Of a DNA stretch of 64,000 nt, positions 12,830-25,999 are shown one piece after another. The stretch is from Raillietiella orientalis (Eukaryota), in contig JAYWIR010000045.1 of assembly GCA_036172245.1 (NCBI GenBank), forward strand, positions 930,001 through 994,000, read 5' to 3'. The notes beneath the pieces are model-generated. The model made no database searches, had not been told where the DNA came from, and saw nothing but the letters and a program-made list of their open reading frames with translations. How positions within the stretch are numbered: position 1 is the stretch's first letter; each line of letters begins with the position of its first letter. The position numbers and the translations under genes were made by a program.

Positions 12830-13900
12830 TCCAAAATGCCAGAGGTACTAAAGGTCGAATCCAACCCACATCCGCTCAGGTCACGCGGTGCTCGACCAGC
12901 ATGCACCGAAGGAGCTTCCTATCCGCGGCTCTGCCCTATCTCAGGGAGCACCTGGGCAGTAGTCAGCAGGCCAAGTGGGAGGTTCAATCTGAAATCCCGC
13001 GAACGAAGGACTTAGCGGTTGGACCACGGGGCAGCTAGCCGGCGCTGAGACCTCAATTGCCCCACTGAAGGGACTACTGCTCTGGAGCGAGCTGCTGAGA
13101 ATCCCTCAGAAAGTTCTCGAGTGGCCTCTAGTGCTGAAGAACTAGCGGGTCTTCCCCCTGGAGTGGCGGGGGTAGGCACTTCTGTTGTAGTGGGGTCTCT
13201 CGTGCAACGCCGCCGGTCTCCCTGGACTCGGAAGGCTGTGGATTCAAACTACTGCAGGTGCGGGGAACGGAAACCCTAGCTCACGCACCTGCTTGTAGAC
13301 TGTGTTGCTCTCTGACCCCTGTGGTTGCGTTTCGCAACGGTCCCTGATGCAGCAACGGCCAATCCCAGGGATGTGATGAAGCGCTTCTTCGTGCGCGATG
13401 CTCTTTCACTTGCTGCAGCTCCAGCAGCACTTTGCTGTCTACGCGAGATTGCGGCGGCCTGGAGCTACGCGAGAGGAGGGTGGCACGATTGGGACGCTAT
13501 CTGTCCTTCACCCTGCGCATCCTCGGGGAGGCAGCAAGATGGCCCCATCTGGGACACAGTCAGAAGGAACTTGCCAGCATCCTGGAAAGGATGCAGAAAA
13601 CGCCCTCCAGCTCCTGGTGGTTCCTTCCCGAACCGTCCCATTTTTTTTTTGTATACAGTGTTTCTATATTATTTCTATTTTCGTTTGCTTCTCCCCCCTT
13701 CGCTGCCGAGGCGAACCTCGCTGGCCTGCGTGCCAGGTACTCGGCAGGTTCCGGGCATTTTCGGACAATGTAGGGCCGATGGCCCTACAAATATACGTTA
13801 ATTTCTTATAATAAACGTCCCAGTGTGACCAGGTGATAAACCAGCATACTCTGGAGCAACGCATTAGGGCATCCCCTCGAGGCGACTCTTCCGTCCCCCA
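12830..13900 (+). mobile_element. LINE ORF2 C-terminal fragment plus 3' UTR (same family as 14.4, 28.1 and 37.5 kb copies)
   Basis: CRCGER..HLLVDC..LWLRFA...RDVMKRFFVRDAL...LCCLREIAAAW aligns with RDVLRQFF...MGCIRAIVSAR of ORF 14366-15166. A T-rich 3' UTR starts at ~13640. Confidence 0.65.
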
Positions 13901-14039
13901 TGTGCTAACCATCATCGGCCGCGAGCAATGCTGAGTTTCGCCTACGGTGCCGTGGACAGTCGGCCACTCAAGGGAGCGATTCTTACTGTCATTGCCGAGC
14001 TGCACAGAAAGGAGACGCGCAGCGGTCGCACATGAAATT

Positions 14040-15700
14040 TGTTACTCGGTTACGCCGGGACGTTTACTTCAAACCGATCGGGAACAAAGATCCCAACCAA
14101 GACAACAAAAAAAGAAAGGGAGAGCCCACCGGCATGCAGGCCGGAAAAACGGAATGTCTGGAACAGGGTAGGGGCTAGGGGGCAGCAAAAAAAAAAAAGC
14201 CAAAATGGGAGAGAGGGGGCAGGGAGGGAGCTTTGGTAACCCTACGTATTCACCGAAATGCCAAAAAAGGAAAAAAACAGCACCAAGAAAGTTACGGAGC
14301 GTATGGGAAGCGGAATACGAAAACACACACACAAAAAAGAAATAAATGGAGGGAAAGGATAAGGATCATCGGGTTCGCTGTTCCAAGCCGTCCGCAAACC
14401 AGCGATGGATGCCGGTGATCTCCTGCTTATTTGTTTCTTCCAGGTGAGACCACCTTGCAGCCGCTCCGTTGTAGGTAGCTGCCATCTTGGTGACCTCCCT
14501 TCGATGCGCGGTGATTTCCTGCACCTCTCGGGCCGAAACGATGGCGCGGATGCAACCCATGGTTGAGATGATTGCGTCCGTCGAGAGACTCCTCGGCGCA
14601 AAGAACTGCCGCAGCACGTCTCTTGCGGTATCCTCCTGGTGCAAGAGTGCTGTTGCCAGCCTCCGCCACAGTTCTTGAAGGGTACCACAGTCCCGAAGAA
14701 AGTGCGACGGGATGGATTCCGCCGACCTGCACCTGGTGCAGTTCGGGGGTGGCAACCCCTCCGGAAACATGATGCCGTCGCTCGTTACACTGGAATTCGT
14801 AGTAAACGGAGAGCAATACGGCCTGTTTCCGGGCAAGGAGGAACAGCGATCCGTCCAAACAATAGGGGGAGAACCACTTGTTCTTCGGGGCAACACTTCT
14901 CCCCAACGAAGGAGTCCCTTCACCATAGCACGAGGAGTAGCTCGCTCGCTCGTCTTCCAGCCGCCGAGGAGTTTTGTTCTTCCTGCGATGGTGCAGAAAA
15001 ACTCCCATTTCGCCGGTAGGCTGCTGTCGTCTCTTGCCTTGAGGGCAGACAGCTCTGCGGCGAGGAGCGTGGCGGCCAGAGTGGATAACTTCACCGCGTC
15101 CTGCATCACCTCCTTCAGCGGTCGTGATAGGAGATGTCGCAGGGGGCGATGATCTTTAGGGAGCATTCCCTGGAAGGCAGCTCAGGACTTAAAGCCTCCT
15201 GCCTCCAAGCGTTAAAGTTGATTGGTCAGCAGGAGATCCACAAGTCAGAAGTGAGGCGAGTTGCCTCAGGAGGAAACCGAATCCTTGCATCCTGTATCGA
15301 GTGCCCGGTACCAGAGAGAGCAGTCCTTCGCTGCCGGTGCATCTCCGCAGGAGTATGAGCGCAGGCGCATACATCGGGGAAGTCCACAGCTTGACACACA
15401 GTGCCAGCATTCGGAACTACACTTGCAGCCCGATTCGCTCCACTGTCAGGATGCCAAAGCCAGCATCCCGACGTGGAGTCGCCAAGTTCTTGAAGCGGAT
15501 CCTGGACCTCGCCAGTCCCCAGAGAGCGTTTCGCAGCAGGCGCTGAGCCCGCTGCGTCGCTTCGTAGGGGGGTGGACAAACAAAAAAACAGGGGGCGGAG
15601 GAGGGGGCCACAAAGATGTTCTACATCATTGCCCTTTCCGGCAAGGTGAACTTGCCACGAAGGAACTGGCTAACGGACCACTCTGCCTTCTGAAGGCAGT
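14040..15700 (-). mobile_element. L1/Tx1-like LINE, ORF2 C-terminal third plus T-rich 3' UTR
   Basis: LWGLARSRIRFKNLATPRRDAGFGI (L1-clade F-W...L.P..GGLG motif, ~15450-15530). The 266-aa ORF 14366-15166 carries a CTRCRSAES..HFLRDC...LW zinc-binding motif. A T-rich UTR follows on the minus strand. Confidence 0.85.
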
Positions 15701-16649
15701 CCACACATGAAGTCATCACTGCAGGAGGGAAGCTTCTGGTAGCATCGTACAAGGACCTCGGGTGATAGCACCGAAAACCAGAAGCATTCTCTACGTTATT
15801 GTTTGTTCCGTCTGTCTCCTAGCCTGGAACGCACTGTGGACTTTCCCTCTGCACTGAAAGAGTTATCAAACAATTGTATGCTTATTGCTACCAATAAACA
15901 CCCTGATGAGCTTAAGTGCAAATCCTCATGAAAGAACTCTGAGATTTCTATCCTCAGCGTTGGGAACAAACCTTCTTATCATCTCATCGCTGTGCGTGCA
16001 CAATGATGGTTAATGGTTATGCATCTCTTCTCCGAGACCGCGAAAGTTCAATCTTCTGCTGCTTCCTGCAGCCGCCTCATCTTTCGCTATTCCCCAGCAT
16101 GAGCATCTTTAAAAGCATTGTTCACGTTTCAGCTCCATAGCTCGAATGCTTCCGTCATCCTGTCTTTATGATCGGATCCAAAATCGACTGGCTGTATCTG
16201 TACGCATTGGCAAGCTGCCGTCTCAGAATCGCCATTCCCGCCTTTCATTCCCGTTTCCGCCTTTCTCTTGCTGAATGCTGATTTTCAGGTCTGGTCTTCT
16301 CGTGTGCTCAGTTTCATTATGTTACTTAGGAATACATAAGAAAGAAAAATAGTAATGCATTCTTAGACGAAGGAAGATACTAAGCTGCACTAAATGAAAG
16401 CTGACCACTTCCGCCTGGCAAGATCCTGTTCCGAGGAGCTTCTTTCGACATTCTTTCCGTGGTTTAGGAGGAGAGGAAACGGTTTCGGGCAGAAAGTATC
16501 TCTTCCATAGTACTCCAGTCTTCAGGAAACCGAACTCTGGATCCAGAAGTCCTCGCAGCATAGTTTTTGCTCACAAAGCGTATCAAGACTTAAGGAAATT
16601 TATCGGGGGTGAAAGACCCCTCTCGGCTGGAAGCATCCCATCCTCTTCG

Positions 16650-19600
16650 TGATGCCAAGCGGACATTAAATTTCTAAGGTCTCTCAGTGACTATTTGTTT
16701 CTCTGACATCTCGCGAGATTTGTATTCCCCAACGCTCATTTGACACGTGAGGGTTCAGTGGAACTAGATCGTGGTAGCGTGTGGATACAAAATGGAACAC
16801 ATTCAAGTCATTCCGTCCATTTGAGTTCCTGTCGAGTCGCTTTCGGAAACAAGGGAACGATGAACAATGTCTGAAGACGAATGCTAGGGCCATATCTCTC
16901 ACAAGGCTAATATAAACTGAGTTTCCCACCAGTCACGGAAGAAACAGTGGGGTACAGACACGTTAACTGCGTCAAGGGAAGATCTTTGCTCATTTAGCTG
17001 CCCTCGATCAAGAATCTGATCAGCGGTGGGAATGAAAAATACGTCGAGCTGATAGCATCTCCCTCAATTTGATAACAGATCTTCCCTGGATGTCAGTTCG
17101 ATGCTGTGAACACGGATACTCTCAGGAGAGGTTGCGGTGGATCTTCACGTTTCATCCATTTCGCAATGCTATACAAGAAAAGCCAACCCTGGCACCACGA
17201 TGAAAACCGGAGTTATCTTGCACAAGTTCAGTCTAGTCTGCTTAGAAAGTTGATGTTTCTCTTGGCATAGAATAGTGGATGATTTGCTTCTACCAAGAGG
17301 AGCCTTCTTAAACTTCTCCATGCATGACAAGACTCCTTCGAGAAGTTTCTCTCTCCTACTCCATATGCTTTGTGAATAGGAGATATACTGAAAAGTCTTC
17401 TGGATCCAGAGTTTAGTTTCCTGAAGACTAGAAGAGCATCGCTGAGGCATTTTTCGCACTCTTGCTTTTCGCGTCTCCATCATTTTCAGAACTTCATCTG
17501 GAATCACCTGCGATCATTTCCGCATTGAGCAAGACACGTTGTCGCACCAGGTAGTGCCACTACAGGAAATCTTTCTAGGGCCCTTACCGGCTTGATTATA
17601 GTTCAGAACACGTGCTTAATGTGTCAGTCAGTCTCCAAGACCATAGTGCCTCAGGCCGTTTTGTTCATTTTCGGTGGGTGTATCTGTAGATCATGGTGTC
17701 TTGAGACGAGACTTTCTCCAGTGCTTCCGGTTCCACCAGCCGCTTTCAGCGAGATCCAGTGAATCCCTAGTATGTCATAGTCAGGCGAGAAAACGTAGTA
17801 GCATCATTGGTCACACAAGACAGCTAGAAAGGTATCAGGAGTCTTTTTTAGGCTTAAGATTTTCTCTCCTCTCCAGATCACAAAAAATGTTCCTTAGGCA
17901 TTCGGGAACTGCAGCTGTTATCCTTTTATACGGGAAACGACGAGATCGCAGTGTGGCAGGTCCTTTTGGCTATTTTTGTCTAAACACAGCAAGCGGCTAT
18001 CCTGTCGGCTCGTTTTCATCTTTGAAACCGCTCCGGATGCTACCCGGAACGGTTTGAAAGTGGCGCAGGCGCGTTTCGACACTGCGTGCCGCTCCCTAGA
18101 GGAGTGACTTTCAAGTCAGCTTTTCTTCAGCTCACGTTCATATCCGAAAATAGCCGTGGATGCTCTGCAAGGAGGATGAGATCCGTTCCCTAACTTTCTC
18201 TGGAGGCTATTTATTTCTCTGGAGGCTTTGTTTTGCAAAGAAATTTCCTTGTTCTGGAACCAGTGGTTTTCCTCCTGGGTCCTTTGCGATAGCGACTAGC
18301 TCCGTCAAAGCCGACTTCATCTCCAGGAAAGGAGAAGGAAGAAACATGAAACGCAGCCAAATTCTACAATAGTAGGTAGAGAAAGGCTGAAATTTCCTCT
18401 TAGTCTTTTGTGCACGAGCTGCACTGTCCTCCGCATCTGCCTCCCTGGAGCCCGAAGTGGCATTCCCACGGAGAAACTTGCCGTGTGCTTAGCGATGATT
18501 CAATCCCAGGAGACTTTCTGCTGATATTACGGGATCTCTCTCAGGAGTCGTATACAATAAGGGTCTGCAGACCCTAGGAGACCTAAGGCAGATTGACAAG
18601 CTCGCTTGACTTTTATCTTGGAATGGTTGGAAGAACTTTTTCAAAAGCAACGCTTCGGATGCAGCCCCCCTCCTTGTGAGAGGAGAATTGAGTAAAAGTT
18701 CACAGAAAATTCTGAACGTGGGGAGCAGCATTTGCAATCGGTCCACATACTCATCTCCTCAGAATGCTGGTAAGTTTCAATATCGCTTCAGGGAAAAAGC
18801 GGTTGAACCCTGCTGCGTTAGCAGAAAGGGTGTCTCCTTCGACTATTTCATATGCACCCGAGGAAGGAAGATGACAGAGATGCTGATTCTGGCAAGAATG
18901 TCTTGCTTCGCATCTCATTTCTTTCCGCATAGAAGGTTTCCAGGGTAAGACGGAACGCATTCTTCCGACAGTGGTGACACGGGTGCCCACCGCAAGCAGG
19001 GTGACCTGTAGAACAGCAGTCAAAGCACCTGAAAAACACCACCGTCTCTACACCTTCTTGGAATTTTTCTTAGGAACCCGCAAGATTCTTTCCGCTTGAT
19101 TATCCCAAGTGTGATCAAGAACTACGAAAAAAGTAGAAGCTAAACGCTTCTTTTTTTTTCGCTCTCTTAAAGTTGATCCTACGTATCAAGATCTTCCTTT
19201 CTTCCATCAGTTCCTCGTCCCACAAACTTCTAGGCAATAACACAGAGGCTGTAAATCAGTCAGTAATCCACTTGGTGTGTAATCTGTACCTGAGCTCTCG
19301 TTCAAGTTTTTCTTGCCCAAAGAAACTGAGCATTCCCTGTGCCTTCCTTTCTTAACAACGGTTGCCAAGAAGTAGCGTGGCACACTCTCTTTCCGAAGAG
19401 AATGCAAGTGTCCCTCCTAGGTTTCTGAGATGGCGCGTGCGTCAGTGAAATCATTTTACCGTCGCGGATCGATGCTCAGGTGAGCATCGTTTCACGGAGG
19501 TGAAATGATCTGGGGACTTAGTCATCGGGAACACGCTTAGCATCCGTAAGCAGATGGGCGCAGATATTCTTCGGAAACCAGGAGAAGGGTATCTTGACCC

Positions 19601-19850
19601 TCAGTTTACAGCCTGATTCGTTAGAGGTGCCCTTATGATCTGTGACACCGGGACCGCAAAGGTTCCACTATTGCACTCATAAAAGATCGGGCGCGCCGCC
19701 ATTCGTCCAGGATTCGGGATGTTCTCATTCTTCTTCCGAAGAAGACTCCAAGGAGTGAGCGGATGGCAATTCGCTTACCACCAACGCGCCCGAACCCGAT
19801 GCAGCTCTCGAAACCGAGAAAAAATTCGAAACCAAATCGGTGCATCTCTT
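16650..19850 (-). mobile_element. Older LINE 5' remnant: ORF1 (gag-like zinc knuckles) plus APE endonuclease
   Basis: In minus-strand order: ORF1 N-term-like CIGFGRVGGKRIAI (~19790), zinc knuckles CFDCCSTGHPAC..CHHC (~18970-19030), APE motif LQETK (~17420), RLDR (~16835). Confidence 0.6.
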
Positions 19851-21736
19851 CTTCCAGCCTTCAGGTGCTTCCCCGAATCTCGAAGAGAACCCTGACGACG
19901 GCAGTTATGAATCCTTCTTAGACGGAGATTTTGGTACCGTTCTTTTCCACACCGTTAAGTTCCCTCGATTAAAGAGTTTCCGCAACCGACTCCTCGGAGC
20001 TGGAAGGTGGAAGTCCAAGCCCGAGTCCCCGATTGCCCCTCACTCTCACCCTCAATACTCAGATATGCAGCATTGCTTAGCCCAGAGGACGGTCGATCAG
20101 GATTCCCCGGATACAGGGGACTCCAGGCAGCTCTCTCCTCCCCGCTCTTCCGCCACCGACATGACGCTAACACCGTGGGTGATGTTACACGCCCAGTTCA
20201 AGACGAATGCGCTTGACCCGATCTCGCTCATGAAGTCGTACTCAGAACGGCCTTTCTGGGTGAACGACAGTAGCAGAAGGATGCCCTTAGGAATCAAAGC
20301 ACAAGGGAGAGATATCGTCTTCTGGAAGAAGGAGACATCGACGGATCGGAATTCGACTCTACATAAGAGTCCTGACTCGTTAAAGTACGACTTCGTGCTT
20401 CCTTGGAGACCTTCGTGGATACAAAAGAACAGGATTCACAGCAAAGCATTTCAAATTTCCCTGCAGGATTGGTGAGTTTCCATTTGACTGTGCAGTTTCA
20501 ATCCCTTGCTCTTGGAATTCTTCCCAACTGTAACCAAGGAAGCGAATTCTGATCAAGCGCCTGGACAGGCGACTATGAAGACGCACCTCCCTCGATCATG
20601 GCCCTCTTTTTGCAGAATGTGCCACATGATCGTGAGCACTTTGTAAGGCAGGAACGCACCCACTCTCGAAAAATGCGGGTCCTAGGACTGGTTTAGCGAT
20701 TGATCTTTTGAAATGCTCCTGCTTATCCCGTTGTGTTAAGACCTCTCGAGGTTTGAAACGAAAGGTTTGAAACAACTGTACTTGAGCGTCGACAGTGGTT
20801 CAGCCCTAGCATAAATGTAGCAGAGGTGTACAAATGTCTAGGGAAGCCATTTGAAATTAAGATATTCAAGACTCATCCTTCTGAGGAAGGAATTCTTGCC
20901 AAAGCTGAATGCATCCACAAGTGTGTTCTTCTTTCAACTTGACAAAAGGTCGCTTCTTTGAAAACCTTTTTCCCCAGTCTCATACACCAGAGACTGGTAA
21001 CGCATAAGAAAAAGGACTGGGAAACGTCTGGATTGGGAAATAAGATGGATGACACTGCTGCACTTCCTGTCCAGGACAGCCAAGGAATACGCCTACAGAG
21101 GGAAGAAAAAGGGAAGTCTTGGTCTCACGAAGCTGTCAGATGAGGCAGATATCTCCATCATGGACAGCTGTTTCAAGTTGCTCATCTGATGAGGACGCCA
21201 AAACAGTAACCCAAGAAACTGTCTGCAAGGTCGTGTCAAAGAAGATTCTTTTGCTACCCAACATAGAAGATCTCCATTCACTTGAGCGGATGAACCATTC
21301 ATAGACTAACTTGTCTCAGGAAAACGGTTTCTCACCAAGTCAGGTGGTTGCAGAAGTGCTGGAACAACAGCTTTACTTTTTTCTTACATTCTTTCCTGAC
21401 AGACATAACATCTGTTGTGCAGTAGGATTTGTTTTCTGATTTTCGAGCACTACCTTCACTGGCTTCCTCATCCACTTCTTTTTTTCTGACAGTCGTCAAG
21501 TGGAAGTGCCGTCACCATGATCTTCAATAAGTCCACAGCAATTTTTTTCAGAGTACGCATCTCCAGCAGTCGAAGACTTAGAAAGCATCTGGTCTGGAAA
21601 TGGGAAATCCAGAAGCGCAGACATCTTCAGAAGTAAGCAAGAAGTCCACAAGTGACTGCGGATATCTGCGGTATGATGGCGTGACTAAATTTTCCGTAGC
21701 CAATGAAAATAATTCCGTCATGAGCGTTTCCTCCAG

Positions 21737-22250
21737 AGCCAAGCCCCCGGGACAAGCCGAAGAGACGAGAAGACAACCTGAAGGTGGAAGGGGATTTCTC
21801 CCCGATGTCGGTGGCGCGGAGCGAGTACCGGGAGTGCCAAGGAGACCGAGCGCCGAGGGTGGTGCACGCGGACCACCTGAAGCCGGAAGGCGACTTCGTG
21901 GCGCGGAGCACGCCCAGAGAGGACTTCAAGGAGGAACGTCGCGGCGACAGGGAGAAGGCGAAACGTCACCGGGACAACCTGAAGCTGGAAGGCGACTTCA
22001 CCGGGGAGTCTGTGTCGCGGAGCTAGTTCAAGGAGGTGCGCGGCGATGCAGCATCGCGCGTGCCGCACCCTGACCACTTGGCGCTGGAAGGCGAGATGGC
22101 CACGACGACGAGCAGCCGCTCGGACCACAAGGAGGTGTCTGTGCGCCGGAAGTTGCCAAAGCGGCGAACCGAGCTCTGCGAGTGGTGCACGAGAACTACC
22201 TGAAGCTGGAGGGAGATTTCGTCGGTTGCACCTCCATGCAGAGCTATCTG
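21737..22250 (+). pseudogene. Disrupted fragment of a SAXO/STOP(FAM154)-like microtubule-binding repeat gene
   Basis: About 33-aa repeats: DNLKVEGDFSPMSVARSEY, DHLKPEGDFVARSTPREDF, DNLKLEGDFTGESVSRS*F, DHLALEGEMATTTSSRSDH, NYLKLEGDF. Unit starts are 21772, 21871, 21973, 22072 and ~22193. In-frame TAG at 22024-22026, a frameshift near 22170, and a candidate acceptor tttcctccag ending 21736. Confidence 0.65.
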
Positions 22251-22349
22251 AACCTGTAGATCCGCATCTCCGGCTCACGTTTAATCTTTGGAAGCTCAGT
22301 CATCCCGACTCTCCGCAGTATAGAGCGACCCTTCCTTTGCCACATCTTG

Positions 22350-24250
22350 CGCTCTTTCATTTTTCAGAGAAGCAAAACGAAAAAACAGATGCTCAGCAAG
22401 GGTAATGACGAGAAAACAAGTAGCACTGAGCTGCTGTATATATGGGGTGTTCCCGGACAAGAAAAGGCGAGGATGACGGTGAGGATCTTGAGTCTGTTTC
22501 TCAATTCGCTGCCCTCCGAGACACCTCTTTTCACGAAGAGGAAACGGGAATTCATGGGTCGTGGGTCAAGGAGGAGCCTTGTTAAGAATTCTATGGGCCA
22601 GATGTGGTGGAGTTGATGATTACGAGGAAGCCCTTCGGCAGGCCCGCGCTACGTTCGCGTGCGTCTCTCTTCCTTGGATACGGAAGGAAACTGTCCTTCT
22701 TACGAGAAGGCAATCTTTCCCGAAACTACCAGCCTACTCTTGGGAGCGTCACCAGGCCCGCTGGAAGCTTCGAGAAACACTTCTCGCTCCGACCTCTTCT
22801 TTTCTCAGAGATCCGATCCAGAACTCCATCCCGAGGGTGCAGAGCGGAAAGCTTCGTGTCTACAACATTCCCTGTGCTCTCGAAATGGTCTGCGGTTTCC
22901 GGCTTCCTGTCAAACCCATCCCTGCCGACGTTCCTATTGCTCTAGATACTCCGATCTTGAAGAATCTCCGATTCAAACCTGCACCGTTTTGTCCATCTCC
23001 CTTTCTTCCTCGAAACCCAGCTGGAAAAGGCAAGAGGATATGCCTGAAGTGGCCTTCCGCAATCTCGGCTTTGCACAGCTCCTGAGACGTGATAGAAACG
23101 GTTTCTATGTAAAAGTTCGGTTTTTCTCCCGATTGCTAGTCTTCCGCATGCTCCTGATAAACCAATCGGAAAGAAAAAAGAGTTAGCTGCTCCAAAACTA
23201 TATCGGATTTTTCAGAGAGGTCCATCTCTCTTGTGGCTCCCATTGCTGTTTCAGATCTGATGCAACGCAGTTGCGGGTCACCTCATGCCTTCTTTCTGCG
23301 AAATAACTCGGCTACTTGTTCTTCCTCTTCTCCCTTTCACGAGACCGGTGGAAGTAGCTTTTAGTGTTTAGCTGATCGCTGGACCGTCGGCAAATCTTTT
23401 GGAACACCCCGTTTCTGGTCCATTTTCAGATGCCGAATGCGTCTTCTTGGGTGATTAGTGGGATCAAAGGACGCAAGAGACGAGCAGCTGTTAAAAGCTA
23501 AGGTTTCTGTTGTCGCGGTCTTCCTGACTGGTTGCAGACTGGAGGGGGATTCCGTTCCTGGACTCTTCGTCGGGAGGACTCGTTCGAAGAGGTGAAATTC
23601 AATGAGGCGTCTTTGAAAAGCATGCGTGGAAGCCGTGAGACGACGAATGTTCTGTCGAATTCGGTCAGACGCATGCTAGCAGAGGCTCGGACCTTGAAGT
23701 CTGGGGTGAGCAATGCTCTAGCAGTGCCACTGGGGTAGGCGCTAGGAAAAGCAGAGAGCAAGGCAATCTGAATGCCCAGCGGGTTTGCAGTCTTGGGTTG
23801 GAATCTCCCGGAAAGGACATCGAACGTCATAGCTGCAAAGTAAGTGAAGTACGAACCAGAAAGATGACCATCTAAAGGTGAACAAACTCTGGTCAAGCAA
23901 ACGCTTCGCTGGCAAGAAGAAAGGCAACCCTTCCTCTAACTGCACGCTGATCTGATCACAGCTCACCCCTCCCGGGGCATTCGTTGGTCATGATGGGAGT
24001 CAATGAAATGAAAAACCTTCCACCTGCTCTTCTTCTTTTCTTCTTCAGCCTTCTCCTTTCCTCTTCTCCTTCTCCTTCCGTCATGACTTCGTTTCCACGA
24101 AGTCATCAGGAGAAATCGATGGGAGGGATAGATTTGCAAGCAGGAGTGACCATCTGCCATCAATCGAAGAAAACCCTCGAAAAAAGACAGCCACACCTCT
24201 TCCGAAAAGCAGCGAACGGTCTGTAGACCGTTCCGGGCGTCTCCATAATT
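22350..24250 (-). mobile_element. Degenerate LINE APE / RT N-terminal remnant
   Basis: Weak ordered motifs on minus: SCLQI (~24140), VLSGRFQ (GDFN-like, ~23810), FDRTFV (~23650), HRILNK (~22590) and RGVSEGSELRN (~22510). Confidence 0.35.
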
Positions 24251-25547
24251 TTGTGCTTGGGTTTTCAGTTTCTCCCAAAGAGTCCCGACTCAAAGATTTG
24301 ATCAGTATGGGCAGAACGGTCGGACGCGACTTTCCGGCCAGGAAGAAATCCTCCCGTTGGTATGAGGAAAAAGGGATGCGGCTTGGAAGTCTTTGCAGAG
24401 AAAATGACGGACGCAGCGCCTGCCCTCTCCGATTCCAACGGATACAGAATTCTCAGGAATTCGGGTTTGCAGCTTAGCTTGATTCCTCGAGCTTTTCCTT
24501 CCTGCCTTCTCCTTACTCGTGATGCAGCAGGGAGCTACGGGGAAGGAAATGTCAGAAAACACGCCCTCCTCCTCCTCCTCGGCGGTTCTGTGGTAGCTCA
24601 GGTGTCGGTGCATCAAAAATTTTCACTCCATCTTCCTGGGTCCTTTGCCCCTTTTGGAGGAGTTCATGCACGGAAGCTCCGTTCCCTGCTGGTCATACCG
24701 CCATCAGGGAATGGCACCTCGAGCTCGCACCCCGAGCAACCTCTACGTCACATCCCTCGATAGCCTCCATCCAGACATGTGGTTAGATTTAGGTCACGTG
24801 TGTTTCGGGAAGCATGTTCACATGCTCGTTGTGTAAATGAAGAATCAGAAGGAGCCGAAGGAAGTGATTTTGGATACTTTATGGAATAAAGATTTGATTT
24901 ATAGAATTTAATCTGAATACTCGAAACCTTATAAATATTAAACTGACTAATCGAAAATATACCAGTATGTATACATCCTCAATATATATTATGTTCACGA
25001 TATGTAATGCGAATTAATAATGTTTTCATACATTTCACAACATATTTCTTTAATTAATTCCTTTAATTGATACATCACGCAGCAGCTCACAAATAATCAA
25101 AACATTTAAACGAATCTTAATAATCTTCTGTAACATCTCGAATCTGAGGTGGCAGTTGAACTGCTTCCAGAAAGGCAGTTCCTCACAAGCTTTCATTTAC
25201 TGACACCACAAAGATATGGAATAAAATGTCCCCAGGCATTTCCTCCCGTGCAACTGCGTCTTCACAGCAGCAACAGCGCACTCTTAGGAGATACGAATAC
25301 TTTCACTTTTTTCATCAGTTACTGAGGATTCATAGCAGCAGGTTCCCGAATTTTCCCCTGGGTAACGAGACGACTGATGCTGGCAGATCAATGCAACTTC
25401 GTGGGAAGGAACTTCGACCATCCATACGATTCACTTAGGATGCCTCGCTGCAAAGAAGCAGGACGTCCCAGATACGAAAAGTTGAAGCCAAGCGTTGCGA
25501 ACGATTGGAGAAGTGCTACCAGGGGTCGGCAGCAGAAAGGTCAATTC

Positions 25548-25995
25548 TCCCCAACAGCAGTCCCATCAGCTGCTCGAGGAGATACTCCCAGTCGAAGAGA
25601 TCCTGGACGATGCGTGCCTGCTTCACAAGGCTCAGCGGGAGACCATTCAAAATGCCACGAGTCCTCCTTCCTGGATGAAGAGGAGACCGACACTCCAGCA
25701 GCGTGGGCGGTAACCTGCCGGACCGCGGAGGCCAACAAGCCCGTCTCCCAACGGGCAGCGTCTCGACTCGCGAGCGAAACCATGCCTTGCTGAGGGTCCG
25801 CGAGGTGGATCGAGTTTTTCGGGACTCCCCGTGAAGACCTTGAGATTCCGGGCCTGCTGATGGGCTCCGCCGCCGTCTTTGTTCCTCCACGTTACCAGCA
25901 GACTTCATCTTGCATCGCTCTTCTCGAGGAACGCCGCCGCGCCTCGGCGGGAAAAGTGCCCAAGGAGTGCTCCCCCTGCAGGACATTGGGAACCC
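25548..25995 (+). repeat. LINE-derived segment A, direct repeat of 39587-40030
   Basis: Offset 14039 bp. 25652-25964 reads identical to 39691-40003 by eye; the flanks show scattered mismatches. Confidence 0.95.
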
Positions 25996-25999
25996 TGTC

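Noticed and set aside
22024..22026. Programmed stop-codon readthrough of the in-frame TAG
   Set aside because: A single GAG-to-TAG change explains it (the equivalent position is Glu or Asp in other repeats), and a frameshift follows, indicating decay.
21737..22250. CRISPR-like or non-coding tandem array
   Set aside because: Units are ~99-102 nt, multiples of three, and conserved at the protein level. They are not identical repeats with unique spacers.
24850..25135. AT-rich block as a second NUMT or mitochondrial control region
   Set aside because: No tRNA, rRNA or protein motif was recognised. It may simply be an old TE tail.
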